Positions 25,070-37,635 are shown, counted from the stretch's first letter. The stretch: DNA of 64,000 bases from Mobula hypostoma (GCF_963921235.1 NC_086108.1:47618001-47682000); one strand, 5' to 3'. Translations and numbers: made by a program. The notes: generated by a model from the sequence alone, not told the origin.

Positions 25070-25830
25070 TGTCTGCCATGTCTGACGAAGATAGAAGATC
25101 TGTGCAGTAGAGTTTTTTTTGGCGTGTGCCTGCGTGCGTGCGTCCGTGATGATGTCTTTTTCATGGCTTTACAAGGCGCGGAGAGAGAGAGAGAGAGAGA
25201 CACTGTGTGACGCACCACTCCTCACACACACATTTTCGCAGTATTTTCCCCTTTTTTTATTTTACCAGGTGGAGTTGCGATCTTGACACTCAACCCGGCA
25301 CGGATGGAAAGCGTACTCGGGAGCGGACCGGACTGGTTTCAAACCCGGGAACCTCCGCTCTCGGGTGTCATTGCGCCACCAGCCGGCCCACACAGTGGAG
25401 TTTTTAAAGTGGAAAAATCATTGCACTGGGGCAGTTCCACTCTCTTAATATTAGAAGTCTGGGGTCCACTGGTATGAACAAGAGTCACAAATTGGGGTCT
25501 TCCTTGGTTGCAGTAATGACCATGATGTCTTCTGTGCCTTGTCATGCCCTTCACTCTGAGCATTGCAGAACTGCCTTCTTGGCCATTGGATCTCACTGTA
25601 GATGTCATCTACCCAGTCTGCCGGAGCTGACTTCACATGCTCTAACAGGCATGTCCCTATAGGCCTGCCAGCTTCCCTCATCTGATTTAGTTTGCCTGTT
25701 GAAGAGATGAACCAAGGCGTGGCTGCTGCTACTTGGGGCAAAGGTGAGAGCTGAGTGTCCGGTGGGACCAAAGGTGAGTAAGCTGCTCCAGAACAGACAT
25801 GACAAGACTCTTCACTCAAGGTGAAACTCC
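25070..25830 (-). mobile_element. Decayed non-autonomous element related to 49288-49845, containing a younger tRNA SINE (~25120-25388, - strand)
   Basis: Shares AGGTGAGAGCTGAGTG..GGTGGG(G)ACCAAAGGTGA with 49740-49776. SINE head on - strand: GGCCGGCTGGTGGCGCAATG..GGGTTTGAAACC. Confidence 0.6.
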
Positions 25831-27069
25831 TCCCTGGATACACCCACTGTATTACTGTTACAAAATTCAATGTTTTGGCATATTTAACAGGCATCTGGGT
25901 GGGGGAGTGGGTGATGGGCTTAACTGTCAACTTTTCCAGTTATTTTGTAGACAACACTTGTTCTTCGAACTGCTGTTTGTATAAAGTCTGTACTCAACAT
26001 TATTAAAACCTATGTCAATAACTGTAAAAGAATAATCAGGAACTAATAGACTTGGTAGTATATTGTCTGAAATGCATTGTAAGGCAGTATATCCTCCAAA
26101 TGAGACAGAGAAATCTGTGCCATGTATTAATTGCCAATGACTCTTAATCCTCCTTTTTTTAATCTTGTATATGCAACTACAGTAACTGTTTTTGCAAATC
26201 CATGATTTTTTTTTTTACCAGCCAAGGATAATACCCCACTTGAACGGCTTGTTGTGGTTATCTCTGCAACATTTAAGATTGTGAGGCAAGGATGCCGAAC
26301 AACAATTTAGAAAACAGAATTGGTTAATTTGAAAATGCATTGATGCTTTAGGAGACTTGTGTGTTTCAACCAGTAGACTAATCTTGATGAGCAAGCTATT
26401 TAAGAAATTAGAATCTATAAATCATAATGGTTTTCTGGTATTTCTGTTTTTACTCACTGATTAGTTTAAGCAGCATCAGTGGGGAGAACGGAGCTAATGT
26501 TTCAGGTCGATAACCTTTACTGAAATAGAAAAATGTGAGAAAACAAGCCCAAGATAGGATGCCAAAGGCCAGTTAATCATAGCTAATCTGTCTATGGGAG
26601 GTCTCAGCAGAACAAGTACAATAAAGAAGAGGAGAAGGATGAAAAATACTGGAACCATGAAATGAAGAGCAGTACAGTTGTTGGAAATACTGGGCAGATA
26701 GCTAGGAGAAAACAGATAACATAAAATCGGGACATCCTGGGAATACTCAGCAGGTCAGGCTGCATCTGCAGGATGGGAAACAGTAGTTCCAGTTGAGACC
26801 CTTCATTAGAACTAAGAGAATGAAATGCAGAGCAGGTTTGCTAGGCATGTCTGCTACAACCAGAGGAGAAGGAAAGGGGATTAAAAAGGCAGGGTAAAAC
26901 TACAAACAAGGAGAGCCGTGTCACAGATGAATTACTGATGCAGACACAAATCAATTGACCTGAAATTGTAGAATTCGTTATTAAATCTAGGAGGCTGCTA
27001 CTTGCTCAGACAGAGGAGGGGGTGCTGTTTTTTAAATCTTTTGTTGGTCTGAAAGTAGCAGTGCAAGAG

Positions 27070-27500
27070 TCTGTGCATTTTGCAGCTCATATATTCTTTC
27101 AATTATGTTCCTTTGTCTCTGAAAGAGCAAGGACAGAGACAGTGACCACAACCACAAGTTATACAATAGCCTTGGAGTGGGATAGGAACAGATGGTATGG
27201 GAAAGTATTTAATTGAGGGAGAGAGAAGTATAAAGCTATTTGGCAGGAACTTGGGAGCATAAATTAGAGATGGGATGTTCTCAAGGAAATGCTCAATGGA
27301 AATGTGGAGTTTGTTTGGGGAATACTTGCATGTGTTTTTGTCCCATTGAGTAGGAAAGGATAGTATGGTGAAGGAGTCATAGTTGACAAGAGAAGTGGAG
27401 CACCTAGTCAAGAGGAAGAAAGAAGCTTGCTTAAGGTTTAGGAAGCAAGGATCGGTCCAGGCTCTAGAGAGTCAGAAGATAATCTGATTGGAGCTGAAGA
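27070..27500 (+). mobile_element. CR1 ORF2 fragment (end of endonuclease region), decayed
   Basis: Similar to the CR1 at 59900-60100 (SDHN.ISF.I.LE.DR region, GGAACTTGGGAGCATAAAT). Confidence 0.6.
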
Positions 27501-28227
27501 ATAAACTTGGGAGAGTTCAAGGATAGTATCTGCCCTGCTGTTATAAGACTATTAATACAGAGTCCTAGTATATGATGAACTCTTTATCTCTCAAATCTAC
27601 TACACGATAGGTTTGCACCCTATTTCTCCCTGCACTGCAATTGCTCTGTAACATTTTATTCTGCATTGTTATTATTTTATTTTGTCTTGCATATCATTCA
27701 TTACAACCATACACTGAGATAGTACAAGTTTTTCACTGTATGTTCGTACATGTGACAATAATAAACCAATTCGCAATGTTGAAAGCAGTGTTGTCTATTC
27801 TCAGGCGCAGTTGATAAACTGGATTTCTTGTATAGTATCCAGAATGTATAAGTGATGAGCTGAAGAATAGACTTATGAGAGCTCAAAGACAGCATGTTAC
27901 CTTGCTTTTATAAGACTTGAACAATACCCTAGTATATGATGAAGTCTTGATTTCATAATCTAGTGTGTTATGACTTTGCATCTTATTATTTGCCTGCACT
28001 ACACTTTCTCTGTAACGGTAATACTTTATCCTGTGCTGTTATTGTTTTACCTTGAATTGATCTGTTTTGAACAGAATGCAAGACAAGTTTTTCACTGTAC
28101 CCTGTTACAAGTGACAATAATAAACCAATTTGCCAATTTAAGCAAGAGGAATGAATCTCGAGCATAACTTTTATTCTAATAATAATTTGGTACTTCTTCC
28201 TTTTTAAGATTCTCAGGTGAAATAAAG

Positions 28228-28308
28228 ATGTCAAGAAAACATTCAAAGCACAAGGGAGAGAAGGATAAATCTCAATCAAATTCACGAAGGCACACCCCCA
28301 ACTATTCT
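28228..28308 (+). CDS. SWT1: SWT1 first coding exon: MSRKHSKHKGEKDKSQSNSRRHTPNYS (exon begins at 28217)
   Basis: Acceptor ttctcAG at 28215-16, ATG at 28228, donor GTAAGG at 28309, phase 0. Basic N-terminus as in vertebrate SWT1. Confidence 0.8.
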
Positions 28309-29668
28309 GTAAGGAGACTTTTTACTTCCATTTTGTTTTGGTTCAAATGTCATCATGGCATCTTCCTGCATTCCGTGCTTATCCCACCAGCTATGCACCT
28401 CCTAATCAAAATTTGCATTTTCTTTAACTGAATGCATTTTAAAAAAATATGGTACTTTTATCTTCTTAGGCCCTAATGTTTTGTATGTTCTGTAAACTTC
28501 AACTAGTAACTTTCAGAAATGTGATCCTACAAATATCAGCAAGTCAGTTCTAGCAACTCTTTCTACTTGATGCATTAAATGGAATTGATCACATTCAATT
28601 TGTCTTCATTTTCAAGTGTTGTTGTCTTAATAACTACTTTGCCTTATGGAGGTAATGTGACATTCCAATAATTGTGATTTTAAGAAATAAAACCTTTTTG
28701 TGTAATTTTTTTTACATTTTAAGTTATCTTGGATAGGAAGGAATTTGTTTTGAAATGCATCTATAGTTGGTGTGAAGGTTAAAAGACATAATTCTTTTTA
28801 CTTTTTAATATTTCGAAATAGACTTTAATCATGAAAATAAATGCAGTGGATTCAGGTTAATTGGGACACATCAGGATGAGTGCATTTTGATCCAATTAAA
28901 CGGCTGCCCCAATTAGCCAAAGTTTCTTGAAAAAGGTATAAAATTGACAAACTACCATTTAACTGAGTAACATATTATGTATTTAAATGAAATACAGAAC
29001 AAATTACAGCACTATCAATACTATTACAGTACTATAAAACAGTATCAATTCCTAATTGTTATTTACAGAAGAATTCATCCAGTGTACCTGTACACTGCTG
29101 CGTTCTTTTGATTGACTGTAAACTAATAAAATCAGCGCAGGCGCCTAGTGTAGATAATGAATTGCCTTCATACAATGCTATCAGTGACTGCATCCTCAAA
29201 ATCTTCGTTTCTATTGGAACATGCAAGATGATGTCGATACCTTAATTCTTATTTCCTTACTCGTTGAAATAGTGAAATCAGCAGTCAGGCAGCATCTATA
29301 GAAAAAGAGTACTGCTGACGTTTCAGGCTGCTGAAGGGCCTTGGCCAGAAACATCAACTCTACTCTTTTCCATAGATGCTGCCTGATCTGCTGAGTTCCT
29401 CCAGCACTTTGTGGGTGTTGCTTGGATTTCCAGCATGTGCAGATTTTTTCTTGTTTGTGAAGTAGGGAAATCATTTCATTTTCACTCCCAGCTGTTTGTA
29501 GCATCTCCAAGCCTGAATGCTTGAAACTTCAGTGATCAAAACAGTTCTGAGTTGTCTTTTTCAAAAACGCAAACAGGAGGAATTCTGCAGATGCTGGAAA
29601 TTCAAGGAACACACACCAAAGTTGCTGGTGAACGCAGCAGGCCAGGCAGCATCTTTAGGAGGAGGTAC

Positions 29669-29704
29669 AGTCGACGTTTCAGGCCGAGACCCTTCGTCAG
29701 GACT
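29669..29704 (-). ncRNA. Minimal type I hammerhead ribozyme motif (intact core)
   Basis: - strand reads AGTC-CTGACGA-AGG GTCTCGG CCT-GAAA-CG-TC-GACT. Confidence 0.8.
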
Positions 29705-30242
29705 AACTGAAGGAAGAGTTAGTAAGAGATTTGAAAGTGGGAGGGGGAGAGAAAGCCCCCTTTCTCCACCAGAGAAAGCAGGATCTCCCAGTGGCCACAC
29801 ATTTTAATTCCACATCCCATTCACATTCTGACATGTCTATCCACTGTAAAGATGAAGCCACACTCAGGTTGGAGGAACAACATCTTATATTGCGTCTGGG
29901 TAGCCTCCAACCTGATGGCATGAACATTGACTTCTCAAACTTCCGCTAATGCCCCACCTCCCCCTCGTACCCCATCCGTTATTTATATACACACATTCTT
30001 TCTCTCACTCTCCTTTTTTTCCCTCTGACACTCTGACTATACCCCTTGTCCATCCTCTGGGTTTCCCCCCCCCCCCTTTTCCTTCTCCCTGGGCCTCCTG
30101 TCCCATGATCCTTTCATATCCCTTTGGCCAATCACCTGTCCAGCTCTTGGCTCCATCCCTCCCCCTCCTGTCTTCTCCTATCATTTTGGATCTCCCCCTC
30201 CCCCTCCAACTTTCAAATCTCTTACTAGCTCTTCCTTCAGTT

Positions 30243-30278
30243 AGTCCTGACGAAGGGTCTCGGCCTGAAACGTCGACT
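30243..30278 (+). ncRNA. Minimal type I hammerhead ribozyme motif (intact core; predicted cleavage after C30274)
   Basis: Stem I AGTC/GACT, core CTGACGA (30247-53), stem II AGG/CCT, GAAA (30267-70), palindromic ACGT helix III, GUC triplet. Confidence 0.8.
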
Positions 30279-30759
30279 GTACCTCCTCCTAGAGATGCTG
30301 CCTGGCCTGCTGCGTTCATTAGCAACTTTGATGTGTGTTGCCTGAATTGTCTTGCTGCTTATTTCTCACTAACTATCAGTGACAAAAAAAACTGCTTTTT
30401 TAACACAGGTGCACGCAACTGACACTATTTAAAAACTCTAGGCATGGTGTAGTGCACGACTCTGATGCTAGTTAGAAACTGTCTCCTACATAAGAAATAG
30501 GAGCAGGAGTAGGCCAGCTGGCCTGCCAAGCCTGCTCCATCATTCAACAAGTTCATGGCTGATCTGGCCATGGACTCATCTCCACCTTACCTGTCTTTTC
30601 CGCATAATCCCTACTTCCCCTACTATGTCTCTTGCCCCAGTTAAGCAGTTTAGTGTCCAAAATAAATGAAGGAAATTCAGGCTATTATCTAGATTAGTTT
30701 ATGTTCTCTAAGAGTTATGCCAAATAAGTGGCTGCTCCAATTAACCAGAATCCACTGTA

Positions 30760-32330
30760 TACAAAGAAAGAAACGGTGCAAAACAATAAAATCTTTACAT
30801 TCATGGTAAGTACGTTTGATAATATAAACTTTAAAGAGAAAAGGTACAGACGAACATAACACCATTGCCACTCATGTGACCCCCCCCACAGAGGTGATGT
30901 ACTCTTTGTTCAAGGAGGTTCCCCCACTCAACTTAGCCCCTCAATGTGCAGTAGCAGAAGGAGGTTATACTGTGGTTCTTCCCCGCAATCTTAGCATTGC
31001 TTCAGTGCATCCCTCACCAATCCACTCCAGCCAATTCCTGTTACTCGCCTTAACTATTCCGAACCAGTCCCCAGCACCTACAGACAGTCAGGCTCGACAT
31101 TGGATCGATTGGGCCAGCGGGCCAGCTACTGAACAGTATGGCCTTGGTTGTCCTGCATTTGACTCTGGCTCTTGATGCTAACTTGAACTGGTCACAGATG
31201 CTGATCAATCTGTGAACTGACCACAGCGTCATCCATGTACACGGAGGTTTTGACTTTTGTGTTTTAGGAGAGCACAGCCATTATGTACATGTGATATCCT
31301 GTGGAAAGCTGATTAGGCAGGCATGTACCCCTCTGTCCTGTACTTAGACAATAGTATCCCTGAGTAGCATGAGGCTGTCAGAGATTGCCCTCCCTGGTAC
31401 AGCATGGGTTTGGTCTGGGTGGATCACCTGTCCCAGAGCTGACTTGTCCCAATTGGCTATGGTTTTGGACCGGATTTTTTTTTAATTACACGTTCAAGGT
31501 AAAAATGGGTCTCCAATTCCTGACGTCTTCCATCTCTCCTTTCTGCTTTTTGATGATTTCATTTCTCATGGAAACTGACAAGTTGCCAGCCAGAAACATT
31601 GCATTATACACTTCCAGCAGGTCAAGGCCCATTTGGCCCCACAGAGTCTAGTAGAACTCTACTGGTAAGCTGTCACTTCTGGAAGTTTCATTCATGCCAA
31701 GAGAATGAATGGAGCCAGTTAGCTCCTCCAAGGTCAGTGGCTGATCTAGACTCTCCCTTTTGCGATTGCCTAGCACCTCTGAACAAGAGAAGGAAGTTCT
31801 GGGAGACTGTGCTGTCTGTGATCTTGCTGTCACACAGATTGACATAAAAGGATCTGCAGATCCTTAATATATCTGTATGTAAGATTGTTACTGAGCCATA
31901 CGCTTCCTGTGGACCTTTTGGAAGAAGCGTGAACATGTCTTGCTCCACAAAGCAGTTCCTGGATCAGAAGGTGATCCTGGAGGATTCAGAGGCAAAGAGC
32001 CCAGCTTGTCTGTTCTTCACCTCTTGGAATTCCTTTCTCATATTCACCCGCCTTGACTGCAGAGGAGAGGTTGATGCAAATCTCTCTGGGTGTTATGCAG
32101 TTCCCTCTGACTGGCTTGCATTGGTGCTTCACATCAACTCCAAGGAGTCACCCCCCCCTTCCCCCTCCCCCACCACCTCTTTGGCCTCGATCATAGAGAA
32201 GTTGCCTCCTGGCAGCAGAATACCCAGACCGGATGTGCGCCTCTCATTTTCACCCTGACCATAAAGACAGTCCCTGGGAATATCATCGCGTCCACCTCCC
32301 TTTGTTGCAGAGGTGTGGCAGCCTACACTC
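30760..32330 (-). mobile_element. Tx1/L1-clade LINE remnant, internally deleted
   Basis: - strand peptides ICRSFYVNL and LDQPLTLEELTGSIHSL..SDSLPVEFY resemble the ORF2 region before RT. Confidence 0.65.
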
Positions 32331-32839
32331 CTGCAAAAAAAGTGTCTTTGTTATTACAGCTTCAAGAAGATCAGTTGTAATTCTTTCACAACTTTGTATT
32401 TATATATCCATGTTAATTCTCCTATGTTAGTCATGCCCTTCTAGTTGAAGATTAATACTGTTATTTAAGGAGTTTCCCCCTTGTATTTTGTTCACACCAA
32501 GGTTAGGCAGATTGTCCTATGATTACCATTTTCTTTCTCTTTAATCAGTGATTTTACTTGACCATTTTTAGACAGGAAGAACTGAAAAAATGCTTGCTGC
32601 TTGCTTTTCCTTAACAGAATATCAACTTGTCTATTTTTAAAGTCACTAAGCCTCTTAATTATTATTATCCTAATTATTTTTTATCCGTTCATTATTTTAC
32701 CCGCATTTCTGCAATGTTCTCTTGTTTGACAAGTCAGTTGCTTGGCATACTATGTTTTTTTTGTCGTAAGTATTGTGCCAAGAAATAAGAAATTTTTAAA
32801 GTAAATTTTGCATTCAATTATTTTTCTTATAAGCTCTCA

Positions 32840-33810
32840 GAGCAAATTTAATTCTGTATCAAATGAGGAAGTGGACCAAGGAATAACAGATGGAACTTAA
32901 CCTTTACGTGTGATTTGTTGCATTTTTGGAATTTAAACCGCGGTGGGACTTGCATAGTAAATGACAAGACCTTGGGGAGTATCATAGAACAGAGATTTAA
33001 GGGTTCAACATAGGTAGACAGGATAAAGAAGAAGACATTTGGCATGTATGGACAGGGCATTAAGTAAGTGCAGGAGTTGGGATGTCATGTTACAGCTGTA
33101 CAAGATGTTGTTGAGATCCCACATGGAGTATTATTAGAGTTACAGGCACCCAGTTATTGGAAAAATGTACTTGGGCTGGAAAAGTTGCAGAAAGGATTCT
33201 CAAGGATATTCACAAACAAGAGAAAATCTGTAGATGCTGGAAATCCAAGCAGCACACACAAAATGCAGAAGGAACTCAGCAGGCCAGGCAGCATCTATGG
33301 AAAAGAGTAAACAGTCGGTGTTTTGGCCTTTTTCCAAAGATGCTGCCTGGTCTGCTGAGTTCCTCCAGCATTTTGTGTGTGTGTTTCTCAAGGATATTAC
33401 TGGATTGGAAGGCTTAAATTATAAGGAGAGACTTGATGGGCTTGGACTCCCCCCTTCTCTTCTCTCCCCCCCCCACCAGAATGTCGGCAGCTGAAAGGCG
33501 ACAGAGTTAAATGCTGTAGAATCATAAGGGGCATAGATAAGATAAGTGGTCACAAACCATGGATTTGGAAGTCTAAAACTAGAAGCGAAAAATTTAAAGG
33601 GACGTGAAGGGCAACATTTTATCACAGTGCATGGTGTTACATGGAAGGAACTGCCGGACAAAGTGGTAGAGTTGTGTATAATTAAAATGTTTAGATGATG
33701 TTTAGACAGATTCATGGTTAGAAAAGTTTCAGTAAGTGCAGGCAAATGCTGGTAGCTTGTGTAAGCGATTTGTTTGGAATGAATGAGTTGGGCTGAAGGG
33801 CCTCTTGTAT
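32840..33810 (+). mobile_element. CR1 LINE 3' part, decayed, interrupted by a PLE fold-back mini-element (33211-33384)
   Basis: CR1 C-terminal remnants (LEKLQKGFSRI, GLEGLNYKERL). TSD TTCTCAAGGATATT at 33197-33210 and 33385-33398. Confidence 0.8.
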
Positions 33811-34140
33811 GTGAATCACAGTTTGTGATTTTGTTGCTGTCAAATTTCTGTGTAGTAATTCCTGTTATCCAAACAACTGATGCAAGAATCGTCTGTACAT
33901 GTATCCCAGGGTCTTCCTGTTCTATAACACTCATCAGGGCCCTGCCATTCTGTGTGATACAGTCTGAATTAATTTCCAAAGTGTATCACTTCACATTTGT
34001 ATAAATTTAAGTTCCATCAGCCATCCCTTTGCCCATTTTCGAAGTTGAACTTGATCTTGTTGTAACCTTAAACTTCTTCACTGTCCATTATACCTCTAGT
34101 TTTGGTGTCATGTGCAAACTTACTAGTTATGTTACCTATA

Positions 34141-34650
34141 CAGTATTGTGCACAAGTCTTAGGCACATATATATATATATAGCTGGTGTGCCTAAGACTT
34201 TTGCACCGTTCTGTATTTGTCAATGTGGTGCAGAGAGAGAGTTTGTAAATCTGGCGGGAGCAAAGGATGTTGGGAATAGCGAAGGTGGAGTGTCACGGGA
34301 GGGGTGTAGGACAGGTGGCAGAGAAGGAGTGCCAGGGCAGGTAATGGCATGGGTTCAGACATGCCCAGCCCTGAGACACCAGGCAAAGTTATTTGATTCC
34401 TGACAACTGTTTCATTGATCACCACAGAATGTGTCTCTGATGCTTCCCACTCCCTCCTGTCTACCTTCCGCTTTTCCCAACCTTGATTCCCCTCTCCCTG
34501 ACCCTTTCCACTCTCAGTCCACACTAGAGACCTATATCAGAGTCAGGTTTGTCATCACACATATATAAAGAATTTTTTTATATGACCACAGTACAATGCA
34601 ATACATAAAATTACTACAATACTGTACAAAGGTCTGAAGTACCCTATATA
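34141..34650. mobile_element. Non-autonomous Tc1/mariner-like element with hairpin termini
   Basis: TA|CAGTATTGTGCACAAGTCTTAGGCAC-(AT)n-GTGCCTAAGACTTTTGCACCGTTCTG|TA at 34141-34213, followed by the shared family body. Confidence 0.75.
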
Positions 34651-35287
34651 TCTCTTATCTATCTCTCTGTAGCACACAATTGATTACATAATCTCCAATC
34701 TAAAAAGCAAAAGGGAATTTTCAGGGCCCATTGTATATCAAATGTATCCAACTCATTTTGTTTGATATACATTAGTAAACTTCAGATGTACTTAAATTAA
34801 AGAGCAGATGTTAGGTTATCAGCCTGATTAGCATGCTAATGACATTAGCATTACAGGCAAGTAGATAATCTAAAATTTGGCAGTGTTACTATCTGAGTGA
34901 CATAAATGTTTGTTATTACAGTGCTGAGTCTGCAAAGCCATATTTCTTTGGTATTAATGTGAAACTTTGGAGAGTATGTTTGCATTTCAGTTCTGCCTCC
35001 TTTAGTTTCCCTTCTCATTTGAAGCTAATTGTTCATAGTCAGTTCCAGTGTTGATAACGAATGCTTAAACTCAATTCAGGTAAAGTAAGCAGCTTTTCCT
35101 TCCAAAAAGATATATCTGGATACCTCACTCTGAAATAGTGTTTTTTTTTCTGGGTTGGGGTGATGGTAAATTGATCTATTGGTTCATTGACTCTGAAATC
35201 TATCATTGATCTTTTCTACTCTGTTCCACTGTCTTGCTCTTTAACTGATCCATGTTCATTCTACCCAAAAACCTGAACAATTATTAG

Positions 35288-35389
35288 GGAGAAAAAAGCA
35301 AGATTGAGCAGAAGGCACAGTATAGTGGAGGGAGCTCATTACCAGGACAATCTTCCTTATCGCCATGCACTGAAAAAAGAAGAAAACTG
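35288..35389 (+). CDS. SWT1: SWT1 coding exon 2 (102 nt): GEKSKIEQKAQYSGGSSLPGQSSLSPCTEKRRKL
   Basis: Acceptor attAG, donor GTGAGC, phase 0-0. GEK..EKR(R)KL resembles mammalian SWT1. Confidence 0.8.
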
Positions 35390-36772
35390 GTGAGCTTTTG
35401 CATGTATTTTTTGATATTAATCTATCAAATCAGGCTTCATGACAGTTTGCTGATTCATTCCATAGGTTTATGAACCTGAAATTTTTTTTTGTACTAAACT
35501 GCACAGCATACAACATTGAAGTACAATGATAATAAATGTAGCATGAACGAAAGTTAGTACACCCAACTGCCAATGGTGGCTTATTGGTAAAGCAGTTGGA
35601 ACTGTGCTGCTTACAGCCATGTCCTTGTGGTAATCTGGATGATATTTGAATTAACATCAAAGTACGTGGAAAATGAAATGATTAGATTGTGAACCACTTG
35701 CTCCTGCTCTGCCATTCATTAAAATCAAAACTGATCTTGTACCTTAAGTCAATTTTCCTAGCCAGCTTGCATATGCATTGATTCTTATTTTACTCACAAC
35801 ATAGAAGGCATTTGGTACCAGTGAGTTTATGCAGATTTGCAAAGCACTCCCGTTGGTCTCATTCCTTTATTTCCCTGCCATTATTCCCTCTATGTCTATT
35901 GACAGATTTTGCTGCCATCCACCTATATCAGGAGAAATTACAGTAGCCAAATACAGTTGTTAGCAGGTCATAGAAATGTAGAAGAAAAACAGCTCCTGGG
36001 ATAAATGCATGTTGTCATAGGGAAAGTGGACTGTATCCAAGATGGGTTTTAAACCTGGGTATCTATGTGGCAACAGCCTTTACTCACATCACCCTTTGTT
36101 GTACAGTTCCCAAGGCAAATTTGCCCATTGGTTTGAATGTCAAAATTGCAGAATACCTCAAGTATAATTCCACAAAAGCAATAAAACTACCCTTGTCTTC
36201 TGCACTTCATAAACTAGCACAGTAAAGATCTACTGTAGGTACACCAGTATTTAATCATTCTGTTCTATTAAACACACTATCTGGATATGTGTTTAATTGC
36301 TTCTTTAAAAATCTAGAATTATTAAATCCATTAATTTCCTTGTTCCCTTAAATACTGCTAGACTTCTCAAACACATTTTCTTTCAATAAAACCATGTTGA
36401 ATTTCTCTAGTCATATAATGGTTGTAATTGCACATTGAGCAAGAATGAATTCCAGCATTTTCCTGAAGGCAATCTCAGACTAATTAACTTTTAGTTTTCT
36501 ATTTTCTCTTTATTTCTCAAATGTCTGTATTAAATTTGTGATTTTCCAACTTACTGAATCTGGTTTCATTTTGTGTTGTTTCCATAAACTGCAGTTCTTC
36601 CAAAATTGCAAGATGTGATCTTGAAGAGCTGCTTGAGGGTTAACAAGAGTTTTGAAGGAACTCAATGGATTAGAGATGTAACACTGAGTTTGTAATCAAT
36701 ATTTTCTATTGGGAAGTTATAAAATGTTCTGAATTTTGACCATCTTATATTGTATTATATTTTCTTCATTAG

Positions 36773-36846
36773 AGCCATCTGGAGGTAGAAACTCTAAAAA
36801 CAGTGAAACGGTCCCCGGAAGATCAGGCAAAATCTTTCTGGCCCAG
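36773..36846 (+). CDS. SWT1: SWT1 coding exon 3 (74 nt): SHLEVETLKTVKRSPEDQAKSFWP(R)
   Basis: Acceptor ttcttcattAG. Donor AG|GTCTGT is weak but supplies the phase 2 needed by the next exon. Confidence 0.6.
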
Positions 36847-36910
36847 GTCTGTATTGGAGATATTTCTGGAGGTAAAGATTAATCAAAGAAAAGCGATATA
36901 TTAGTAGTTT

Positions 36911-37079
36911 AGCAACACATATCAAAGTTGCTGGTGAACGCAGCAGGCCAGGCTGACGAAGGGTCTCGGCCTGATACGTCAACTGTACCTCTTCCTGTAG
37001 ATGCTGCCTGGCCTGCGTTCACCAGCAACTTTGATGTATGTTGCTTGAATTTCCAGCATCTGCAGAATTCCTGCTGTTT
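36911..37079. mobile_element. PLE fold-back mini-element with decayed hammerhead (GAAA changed to GATA)
   Basis: Inverted arms. CTGACGAAGGGTCTCGGCCTGATACGTC at 36953-36980. TSD-like ATTAGTAGT(T/C)TA on both sides. Confidence 0.75.
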
Positions 37080-37159
37080 ACATTAGTAGTCTATATAGTT
37101 TCAATACAATTGGAAGTTTTTCTAGAAGTGTGATGTAATGTGAAATATATTCTGTATAT

Positions 37160-37635
37160 CTAGGGTGCTTTATACCTTTGCAGAGTACTGTATTTATCAA
37201 TGTGGAGCGGAGAGTGAGTTTGTAAATCTGGTTTTGCAAAGGATGTTGGGAATGGTGAGAGTGGACTGTTGTGGGAGGGGTGTGGGACAGCTGGCAGAGA
37301 AGGAGTGCTGGGGTGGGGGGAGAGGGTGTTGGTGGCATGGCTGCTGACATACCCAGCCCTGAGACACCAAGCAAGATCATTTAATTCCAAACAATTGGCT
37401 AATTACGAAATGTCTCTTTGATGTTTATTGCTTCCTCCCCTCTTCCTGCCCCCTTCCCACTCTCAGTCCATAATGAAGACCCATATCAGAAGCAGGTTTG
37501 TCATCACTCACACATATGTCAAGAAATTTGTTTTTTAGTAGCAGTACAATGCAATACATATGTTATTACAATACTGTGCCGAAGTCTTGGGCACCCTAGC
37601 TATATATATGTGACTAACACTTTTGCACCGTACTG
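37160..37635. mobile_element. Non-autonomous Tc1/mariner-like element (third copy)
   Basis: Same body as 34214-34620; terminal hairpin at 37569-37635. Confidence 0.7.

Larger units (their letters stand above)
29565..30348 (+). mobile_element. Young PLE 3' fragment with inverted terminal copy (~150-bp near-perfect arms)
   Basis: ORF end PVATHFNSTSHSHSDM..RLEEQHLILRLGSLQPDGMNIDFSNFR. 29595-29750 is the reverse complement of ~30190-30348. Confidence 0.9.
28844..30757. mobile_element. Tigger/pogo-like non-autonomous DNA transposon hosting nested PLE and CR1 insertions
   Basis: TIRs CAGTGGATTCAGGTTAATTGG and CCAATTAACCAGAATCCACTG, with TA on the right side. Confidence 0.75.
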
